NCBI GenBank assembly: GCA_965221305.1
Contig: OZ244881.1
Span: 854,091-918,090 of the forward strand
Origin: Vicinamibacterales bacterium
Lineage (GTDB): Bacteria > Acidobacteriota > Vicinamibacteria > Vicinamibacterales > UBA8438
Length of the DNA: 64,000 nt
Direction of reading: 5' to 3'
The notes beneath the pieces are model-generated. The model saw only the letters and a list, made by a program, of their open reading frames with translations, was not told the origin of the DNA and did no database searches. The position numbers were made by a program, and so were the translations under genes. Positions 57,121 through 64,000 of the stretch are shown piece by piece; within the stretch, counting starts at the first letter, position 1, and every line of letters begins with the position of its first letter.

Positions 57121-58475
57121 TCATCACCCGACAGGCGCTTCCCCGACGCACCGTGCTCCGCGGCCTCGGGACCGCGGTGGCCCTGCCGCTTCTCGACGGG
57201 ATGGTTCCGGCCCTGACCGCGCTCGAGCGGACGGCGGCCAGGGCGAAGCCGCGGCTGGGGGTGGTCTACGTCCCGCACGGGGCGGTCATGAACAACTGGA
57301 CCCCCGCCGCCGAGGGCCGCGGGTTCGGCTTCTCTCCGATTCTGCAACCCTTGGAACCGTTTCGCGACCGCCTGCAGGTGCTGACCGGGCTCGACCACGC
57401 CCCCGCCGCCCAGATGCCGGGCGACCCCGCGGGCGGCCACGGACGCATCACCGGCGCGTTCCTCACCGGCGTGCACGCCAAGCCGACGGAGGGGGCGGAC
57501 TTCCGGGCCGGCACCTCGGTGGACCAGATCGCGGCGAGGGTGCTCGGCCGGGAGACCCAGCTCGCGTCGCTGGAGGTGGGCATCGGCCTGCCCGAGTTCG
57601 GCGGGGCCTGCGACGCCGGCTTCAGTTGCGCCTACATCAGCACGCTGTGCTGGAGCACGCCCACGACCCCGCTGCCGATGGAGAGCAACCCGCGGGCGCT
57701 CTTCGAGCGGCTGTTCGGCGACGGCGCCACCACCGACCCCGCGGCGCGTCGAGCGCGGCGGCGCGAAGACAGGAGCATCCTCGACGCCGTGACCCGCAAG
57801 GTGGCGCGGCTGCGCAAGGGGCTCGGTGCGGCCGACCAGGCCAAGCTGACCGACTATCTCGCGGCGGTGCGGGACGTCGAGCGGCGCATCCAGCGGGCCG
57901 AGGCCCAGTCTGACCAGGAGCTGCCCGTCGTCGAGCGGCCGTCGGCGAGCGCGCCGGCCTCGTTCAGCGAGTACGTCAAGGTGATGTTCGACCTGCAGGT
58001 GCTCGCCTACCAGACCGACATGACCCGAGTCGTCAGCTTCCTGATGACGCCCGAGCTGACCGCCCAGACCTATCCCGAGATCGGCGTGCCCGACCCGCAC
58101 CACGCGCTGTCGCACCACGAGAACAAGCCCGAGAGCCTCGCCAAGCTCATCAAGGTCGGCGCCCATCACACCGGGCTCTTCGCCTGGTATCTCGACCGGC
58201 TGCGGGAGACGCCGGACGGCGACGGGTCGCTGCTCGACCAGGTGATGGTGCTCTACGGCAGCGGCATGAGCAACAGCAACCTGCACAACATCCAGAACCT
58301 GCCGATCCTGCTCGCGGGCGGCGGAGCGGGACATCTGCGGGGCGGCCGACACATCCGCTTCGCCGAAGGGACGCCGCTGACCAACCTCTACCTGTCGCTG
58401 CTCGGCAAGCTGGACGTGCCGGCGGAGCAGGTGGGCGACAGCACCGGCCGGCTGAGCGAGTTGAGCGACGTGTGA
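57117..58475 (+). CDS. DUF1552 family protein
   Basis: An ATGA overlap links it to the upstream gene. It has a Tat-like N-terminus (ITRQALPRRTVLRGLG) and the typical DUF1592/DUF1552 pairing. Confidence 0.85.
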   Translation: MIITRQALPRRTVLRGLGTAVALPLLDGMVPALTALERTAARAKPRLGVVYVPHGAVMNNWTPAAEGRGFGFSPILQPLEPFRDRLQVLTGLDHAPAAQMPGDPAGGHGRITGAFLTGVHAKPTEGADFRAGTSVDQIAARVLGRETQLASLEVGIGLPEFGGACDAGFSCAYISTLCWSTPTTPLPMESNPRALFERLFGDGATTDPAARRARRREDRSILDAVTRKVARLRKGLGAADQAKLTDYLAAVRDVERRIQRAEAQSDQELPVVERPSASAPASFSEYVKVMFDLQVLAYQTDMTRVVSFLMTPELTAQTYPEIGVPDPHHALSHHENKPESLAKLIKVGAHHTGLFAWYLDRLRETPDGDGSLLDQVMVLYGSGMSNSNLHNIQNLPILLAGGGAGHLRGGRHIRFAEGTPLTNLYLSLLGKLDVPAEQVGDSTGRLSELSDV

Positions 58476-58579
58476 TCGGCCGCCGCGGGCGGCCTCCCGC
58501 CGGCCGTCCGCACCGGCCGGCTGAGCGAGTTGAGCGACGTGCGATTGGCCGCCGCGGGCGGCCTCCCGCCGGCCGTGTG
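58442..58579 (+). repeat. 69-bp tandem duplication of the last 11 codons and stop of the DUF1552 gene plus a GC hairpin
   Basis: CACCGGCCGGCTGAGCGAGTTGAGCGACGTG occurs at 58442 and 58511. The second copy has TGA changed to CGA. Each copy contains the palindrome GGCCGCCGCGGGCGGCC. Confidence 0.95.
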
Positions 58580-58848
58580 CGACGGGCCCCTTCGGTCGAC
58601 CGGGCGAGCGCGAGCGCCGGGCCGAAGCCCGTGGGCCGGGCCGAAGCCCGTGGTACGACGGTGGGTTGCCCATCACTCGCGCGCGTCTCTTTATTCCCAC
58701 CCGGCCGGGTAGAGCTCGGGGAGCGTCGCCGCGCCCGAGGCCGGCTCGCCGGCGCCATCCCGCCGTTTCCGGCGCGCGTCCCTGCTATCATGCCGCCGCG
58801 GCGTCGTCTTCCAAGCCGCCGCCCGTCGGCAACCGGACCTCGACCACG

Positions 58849-61800
58849 ATGAGGATGAGCGTGTCTGAATCTCGAAGGCTCGCGGCGTGCGTCGCCGCGC
58901 TTACCCTCGGTCTCGCCGCCTGCGGGGGCGCGCCCACCGGCGTCTCGTCGCAGATATCACCCGAGTACCGCGAGACGGTGCGCGCGTTCTACCGGGGTTT
59001 GGCCTCCCTGGAGGTCGGACTGCTCGACGACGCGCAGACCGCGTTCGAGCGGGCGGCGGCGCTCGCCCCCGACGAGCCCGCGATCCGAGCCAACCTGGCC
59101 GTCGTGCACGTCGGGTTCGGCAACGAGACGGAGGCGGCGGGGCACATCGAGGCGGCCCGCGGTCTCGCTCCCGACAGCGCCGACGTGCGCTTCCTCGAGG
59201 CCCAGCTCGCGGGGTTCCAGGGCCGTTTCGAGGACGCCGTCGCGGGGTACCGCCAGGTGATCGATCTCGACCCCGACCATCTGCGGGCTCGCTACGCCCT
59301 CGCCCAGGAGCTCGACCGGGCCGGCGGCGACGCCGAGGCGGCCGAGGCCCAGGCTCAGCTCGAGGCGATTCGCGACCGCCGACCCGGCAACCTCGCGGTT
59401 CTCGTGCAGCATGCACGGGTGGCCGCCCGCCGCCAGGACGCGCCGGCCCTCGCCGACACCGTCGATCGCCTGCAAGGGATGACCGACGGCTGGCCGGATC
59501 TGGCCGTCAGCCAGCTCGAAGGGCTGTCGGCGGCGGTCGCCGAGGCGGACCTGGAAGGGGCCCAGAGGCCGGCCCAGCTCCTGCGCAACGTCCTCGTGCG
59601 GCTGCCCGCGTTCCGGGAGGACCAAGCCCGGGTCAGCGTCAGCGCCGAGGCCATCGCCGAGCCGTTGATGCGCTTTCTCGTGCTGCCTTCTCCCCCGGCC
59701 ACCGCCTCGCCCCGCGACGAGAGCCTCGCCTATGACGCCGAGCCGCTCGATCCCGACGTAGCCGACGACCAAGTCGTGGTGGCGGTGGTGCCCGGCGGGG
59801 AGGAGCCCCCGATGGTCGTCGCCGCGAACGGGCGGGAGGCGCGCCGCCTCGGCGCTCCGGGCGACGCCGCCGGTCTCCCGTTTCCGGCCGGGACGGGCCC
59901 GGCGGGGCCGGCGCCGCCGTCCTCCGACGGCGTGCTCGTCCTCGACTGGACCGGCGACTACCGGATGGACCTGGTGCTGGCCGGGCCCGGAGGGATCCGA
60001 CTGTGGTTGGGGGATGAGTTCGGCGATGGTTTCGTGCCGGAGGCCGGTTTCACGGAGGTCGTCGGCATCCCGGGGGACGATCCCGCGGTTCGCGGCGCCT
60101 ACGGGGTCTGGGCCGCCGACACCGAGATGGACGGCGACCTCGACATCGTCTTCGGGGCGATCACCGGGGCGCCGTCGGTCCTCCGCAACAACGCCGACGG
60201 GACGTGGCGCCGGGAGAGCCCGTTTCCCGGCGTGGTCGCCCTCCGAGACTTCGGTTGGGGCGATTTCGACGGCGACGGCGACCCCGACGCCGTGCTGCTC
60301 GACGGAGACGGCGTGCTGCACCTCTTCGAGAACCGTCAGGCGGGCCGGTTCGACCCGGCCGCGCCCCTCGAGCTGCCGGCGGCGGCGGTCGCCCTCGCGG
60401 TCGGCGACCTCGACGCCGGCGGCCGGCTCGACCTCGCGCTGCTGGACGCCGACGGTCGGTTGTGGCGGGGAAGCAGGGACGGGGCCGCGTGGGAGACGGC
60501 CGAGGCCGGGTTCTGGGACGCCTTCCCCGCCGGGGCCGCCCCCGGCTCCCACCGGCTGCTTCTGGCCGACCTCGACAACAACGGGGCGCTGGACGTGCTC
60601 GCGTCGGGCCCGTCAGGCACCCGGATGTGGCTGGCCGACGAGGGGTCCCGTCTCGAGCCGCACGACGCGGGCGTCGATGCCGAGGTGTTCGCCGCCCACG
60701 ACCTGACCGGCGACGGCCTGCTCGACCTCGTCGGCATCGACGACGGCACGCCGGTCCGGCTGACCGCGCGGGCCGACGCCGGCTACGGCTGGCAGCAGAT
60801 CCGGCCCCGCGCCAACACCGCGGCCGGCGACCAGCGCATCAACGCGTTCGGGGTGGGCGGCGAGATCGAGGTGCGGGCCGGCCTGCTCGTCCAGAAGCAG
60901 GTGCTGACCGGCGCGCCCGCCCACTTCGGGCTCGGGGTGCAGACCCAGGCCGACGTCACCCGCATCAGCTGGCCGAACGGCGTGACCCAGGCCGACTTCG
61001 AGTTCGCGGCCGACCAGGTCATCGTGGCCGAGCAGCGGCTCAAGGGGTCGTGCCCGTGGCTCTTCGCCCACGACGGGAGCCGGGTGCGGTTCGTCACCGA
61101 CTTCATTTGGCGCTCGCCCCTCGGGCTGCGCATCAACGCCCAGGACACCGCCGACATCGCCTTCACCGAGGACCGCGTGCTCGTTCGGGGCGATCAGCTC
61201 GCCGCGGTGGACGGCGAGTACGACCTGCGCATCACCGCCGACCTGTGGGAAACGCACTTCTTCGACCACGTGTCGCTGCTGGTGGTCGACCACCCGCCCG
61301 ACACCGAGGTATGGGTGGACGAACGTTTCGCCCGCGACCCGGTGCCCCTCGACACCGTCGTCACCGGCCCCGCCCGCACCGTCACCCGCGCCTGGGACGA
61401 CGCCGGGACCGATGTGAGCGAGCTCGTCGCGAAGCGGGACAACCGCTACGTGGCGTCGTTCGACGAGGGCACCCACCAGGGCGTCGCCGAGCCGCACTAC
61501 CTCGAGCTGGAGCTCGACGAGGCGACGGAGACGTGGGACGCGGTGACCCTGCTCGCCTACGGCTGGGTCTATCCCACCGACAGCAGCATCAACGTGGCTC
61601 TCGGTCAGGGCGCCCATCCCATTCCCCGCGGGGTGGCGATGGAGGGGCAGGACGCGAAGGGGAGCTGGGTCGTGCTGCACGCGGATCTCGGCTTCCCGGC
61701 CGGCAAGCTCAAGACCATGGTCGTCGACGTGCCGCGTCTCCCGGACGGCACGCGGCCGCGGCGACTGCGCCTGCGGACCAACCTAGAGATCTACTGGGAC

Positions 61801-62376
61801 TGGATCGGTCAGGCCCCGCGGCTCGATCCCGGTCTGGCGCGGGAGACGCGGCTCGACCCCGCCGTGGCCGACCTCGGCTACCGCGGCTACTCGCGGACGG
61901 CGCTGCTCGGGCCGCGCGGACTCGAGTTGCCGGACTACGAGATCGGCAACCACCGTCCCCGGTGGCGCGATCTCGTCGGCTTCCACACCCGCTTCGGCGA
62001 CGTGCGCGAGCTGCTCGCCGGCGTCGACGACCGTTACGTCATCATGAACGCCGGCGACGAGATGAAGCTCCGCTTCGAAGCCCCGCCCCCGCCCGAGGCG
62101 GGGTGGCGGCGCGACTTCGTGCTCATCGGCGACGGCTGGGTCAAGGACGGCGACTTCAACACCACCCACGCGAAGACGGTGGGGCCGCTGCCGTCGCACG
62201 ACCAGCCGGTCTACGACCCGGCGGCGTCGGCCGTGCTCGAAGACGACCCCGTGTACCGGCGACACGAGGACGACTGGCTGAACTGGCACACCCGTTACGT
62301 CGCCCCGGACCACTTCCTGCGCGGCCTTCGGCGGGTCGAGCGGGAACCTCAGCCGGCGGGGGAGCCGAGCCCGTGA
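58849..62376 (+). CDS. Large lipoprotein with N-terminal TPR repeats, FG-GAP/VCBS repeats and an ASPIC/UnbV-like region
   Basis: Trimmed to ATG 58849. It has the lipobox LGLAAC, TPR-like helices, repeated DxDGDGxxD motifs and INAFGVGGEIEV. Confidence 0.8.
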   Translation: MRMSVSESRRLAACVAALTLGLAACGGAPTGVSSQISPEYRETVRAFYRGLASLEVGLLDDAQTAFERAAALAPDEPAIRANLAVVHVGFGNETEAAGHIEAARGLAPDSADVRFLEAQLAGFQGRFEDAVAGYRQVIDLDPDHLRARYALAQELDRAGGDAEAAEAQAQLEAIRDRRPGNLAVLVQHARVAARRQDAPALADTVDRLQGMTDGWPDLAVSQLEGLSAAVAEADLEGAQRPAQLLRNVLVRLPAFREDQARVSVSAEAIAEPLMRFLVLPSPPATASPRDESLAYDAEPLDPDVADDQVVVAVVPGGEEPPMVVAANGREARRLGAPGDAAGLPFPAGTGPAGPAPPSSDGVLVLDWTGDYRMDLVLAGPGGIRLWLGDEFGDGFVPEAGFTEVVGIPGDDPAVRGAYGVWAADTEMDGDLDIVFGAITGAPSVLRNNADGTWRRESPFPGVVALRDFGWGDFDGDGDPDAVLLDGDGVLHLFENRQAGRFDPAAPLELPAAAVALAVGDLDAGGRLDLALLDADGRLWRGSRDGAAWETAEAGFWDAFPAGAAPGSHRLLLADLDNNGALDVLASGPSGTRMWLADEGSRLEPHDAGVDAEVFAAHDLTGDGLLDLVGIDDGTPVRLTARADAGYGWQQIRPRANTAAGDQRINAFGVGGEIEVRAGLLVQKQVLTGAPAHFGLGVQTQADVTRISWPNGVTQADFEFAADQVIVAEQRLKGSCPWLFAHDGSRVRFVTDFIWRSPLGLRINAQDTADIAFTEDRVLVRGDQLAAVDGEYDLRITADLWETHFFDHVSLLVVDHPPDTEVWVDERFARDPVPLDTVVTGPARTVTRAWDDAGTDVSELVAKRDNRYVASFDEGTHQGVAEPHYLELELDEATETWDAVTLLAYGWVYPTDSSINVALGQGAHPIPRGVAMEGQDAKGSWVVLHADLGFPAGKLKTMVVDVPRLPDGTRPRRLRLRTNLEIYWDWIGQAPRLDPGLARETRLDPAVADLGYRGYSRTALLGPRGLELPDYEIGNHRPRWRDLVGFHTRFGDVRELLAGVDDRYVIMNAGDEMKLRFEAPPPPEAGWRRDFVLIGDGWVKDGDFNTTHAKTVGPLPSHDQPVYDPAASAVLEDDPVYRRHEDDWLNWHTRYVAPDHFLRGLRRVEREPQPAGEPSP

Positions 62377-62470
62377 GCTTCCCGTTACGTCGTCCCGGAC
62401 CACTTCCTGCGCGGCCTTCGGCGGGTCGAGCGGGAGCCTCAGCCGGCGGGGCGCCGAGCCCGTGACCTTC
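62291..62470 (+). repeat. 90-bp tandem duplication of the last 28 codons and stop of the TPR/FG-GAP gene
   Basis: CCCGTTACGTCG occurs at 62291 and 62381. I count about 6 differences. TGA is retained in both copies. Confidence 0.95.
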
Positions 62471-62643
62471 GGCGAGGTGCCCGGCGTCGGTCGGGCGTGC
62501 CGAGATTCGGCGGCGGCGTGACGGCGGCGAAATCCGTGACCTTCGGGCGAGGCCGCCGCGCGACCCGGCGACGGGACACGCCCGGCGGGCACGGGGTCGG
62601 CGAGGCGGCGACGACGACGCCGCATCCACACGTGGAGGCAGCC

Positions 62644-63864
62644 ATGAGAGTGCAGAGACGCGGCTCGCGCGGATCCCCGATGGTGAGTCTGGCGCTGGTC
62701 TGCGGGTGCGCGCTGACCGCGTCGGCGCACGCCGCCGCCCAGCTCCCCGGCCTGCCCCCGGTGCCGCTGCCGGACGAACCCCGTATCTTCGCCACCGCGG
62801 AGGAGCCGCAGGTCCGGGTGACGGTGGTGACCCGCGGGCTGGAGCATCCCTGGGGGCTGGCGTTCCTGCCTGACGGCGCCTTGCTGGTGACCGAACGGCC
62901 GGGGAGGCTGCGCATCGTCCGCGACGGCGTGCTCCACCCCGAGCCCGTCGCCGGGGTCCCCGAGGTCTACGCGGAGGGCTTGGCCGGCCTCATGGACGTG
63001 GCCCTGCACCCGCGGTTCGCCGACAACCAACTCGTGTACCTGACCTACTCGAAGCCGGCCGGCGACGGCGCGCGGGTGACGCTGGCGCGGGGGCGGCTGG
63101 CCGAGCACGGGCTCGTCGACGTCGAGGACCTCTTCCGGTCCGACCCGGTCGGCGGCACCGCCGCCTCGCGCGTCGCCTTCGCCCCCGACGGCAGCCTCTA
63201 CATGACGGTGGGCGGCGCGTTCGGGGCCGCCACCGGGGGCCTCCGGGCCCAGGACCCCGCCGACACGGTCGGCAAGGTCGTCCGGCTGCTCGACGACGGC
63301 GGCATTCCCGACGACAACCCCTTCGTGGGCCGCGACGGCCACCGGCCCGAGGTCTACTCCCTCGGCCACCGGAACCAGCTCGGGGCCGCCATCCATCCCG
63401 CGACGGGGGAGCTGTGGGCCAACGAAAACGGCCCCCTCGGCGGCGACGAGGTCAACCGCATCCTCCCCGGCGCCAACTACGGCTGGCCGGTCGTCTCCTA
63501 CAGCCGCGAGTACGCCGGCGGCCGCGTCGCGGACCGGACCTACCGGGAGGGCATGGAGCCGGCCGAGATCGTCTGGCTCCCGTCGGTCGCCCCGTCCGGC
63601 ATGGCGTTCTACGCCGGCGACCGCTTCCCCAACTGGCGCGGCCACCTCTTCGTCGGCTCCCTGCGCACCGGCATGATCCGCAACACCGGCCACCTCGAAC
63701 GCATCGTCTTCAACGAGCAGGGCCAGGAGGCCCGTCGCGAGTGGCTGCTCACCGAGCTGCGCCAGCGCATCCGCGACGTCCGCCAGGGCCCCGACGGGCT
63801 GCTCTACGTGCTCACCGACGCCGACGACGGGGCGATCCTCCGCCTCGAGCCGGTCGAACCATGA
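62644..63864 (+). CDS. PQQ-dependent sugar dehydrogenase (soluble aldose/sorbosone dehydrogenase family)
   Basis: Trimmed to ATG 62644, which follows GGAGGC. It has the strings HPWGLAFLPDGALLVTERPGRLRIV and GWP. Confidence 0.8.
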   Translation: MRVQRRGSRGSPMVSLALVCGCALTASAHAAAQLPGLPPVPLPDEPRIFATAEEPQVRVTVVTRGLEHPWGLAFLPDGALLVTERPGRLRIVRDGVLHPEPVAGVPEVYAEGLAGLMDVALHPRFADNQLVYLTYSKPAGDGARVTLARGRLAEHGLVDVEDLFRSDPVGGTAASRVAFAPDGSLYMTVGGAFGAATGGLRAQDPADTVGKVVRLLDDGGIPDDNPFVGRDGHRPEVYSLGHRNQLGAAIHPATGELWANENGPLGGDEVNRILPGANYGWPVVSYSREYAGGRVADRTYREGMEPAEIVWLPSVAPSGMAFYAGDRFPNWRGHLFVGSLRTGMIRNTGHLERIVFNEQGQEARREWLLTELRQRIRDVRQGPDGLLYVLTDADDGAILRLEPVEP

Positions 63865-64000
63865 CGGGGAGCCGCGCACCGAGACCGAGTGCGGACGCGG
63901 CCATGGCGGGCGATCCGCCGGTGCTCGACGTCTTCGCGTTGCGCGACAGCGTCGTCGGCGAATACGAGCGCTTCGCCACGTCGTTCACGACGATTCGCGC
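63861..64000 (+). CDS. 5' end of a probable DEAD/DEAH-box helicase gene, truncated by the window edge
   Basis: The ATG at 63861 overlaps the upstream stop (ATGA). The N-terminal string VFALRDSVVGEYERFATSFTTIR resembles the starts of large SF2 helicases. Only 46 codons are visible. Confidence 0.35.
   Translation, partial: MTGSRAPRPSADAAMAGDPPVLDVFALRDSVVGEYERFATSFTTIR

Overview
This is a very GC-rich bacterial chromosomal segment (my visual estimate is about 70% GC). I call about 50 protein genes and found no rRNA, tRNA or CRISPR by eye. Many long Arg/Pro/Ala-rich ORFs in the track are antisense shadow ORFs and are not called.

Main content, in order:
- 3.0-7.9 kb: a Na+-pump-type glutaconyl-CoA decarboxylase operon (small gamma/delta-like subunit, beta subunit, biotin carrier, GcdA-like carboxyltransferase) with an acyl-CoA dehydrogenase embedded in it.
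- Periplasmic and secreted enzymes: an NHL propeller, a VOC protein, two PQQ dehydrogenases and a sulfite-oxidase-family enzyme.
- 17.0-24.0 kb: a minus-strand operon encoding a pentaheme cytochrome-TPR protein, a CRTAC1/ASPIC protein, a SEL1 protein and a GltP-like symporter.
- Two Planctomycete-type gene pairs: PSCyt/DUF1553 with DUF1501, and DUF1592 with DUF1552.
- 47.6-52.6 kb: a partner-switching signalling module.
- An ankyrin-repeat protein and a large TPR/FG-GAP lipoprotein.

The most interesting region is an apparently lower-GC accessory island at about 33.1-42.3 kb. It holds debris of a type III restriction-modification system, two VapBC pairs and a chimeric Mod-fragment::HicB ORF. 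It also holds a translationally coupled triad (ParB-like protein, unknown 331-aa protein, DNA methyltransferase) followed by an XPB-like helicase and a Bax1/DUF790 nuclease. I propose this as a candidate undescribed defence locus.

Three structural oddities recur across the window:
1. At nine loci, the 3' end of a gene, stop codon included, is tandemly duplicated just downstream of that gene.
2. There are three copies of a ~110-bp MITE-like element flanked by CTAG. One sits exactly between two cistrons of the decarboxylase operon.
3. There is a 21-bp x 8 iteron-like array next to an S24/HTH repressor-like gene.
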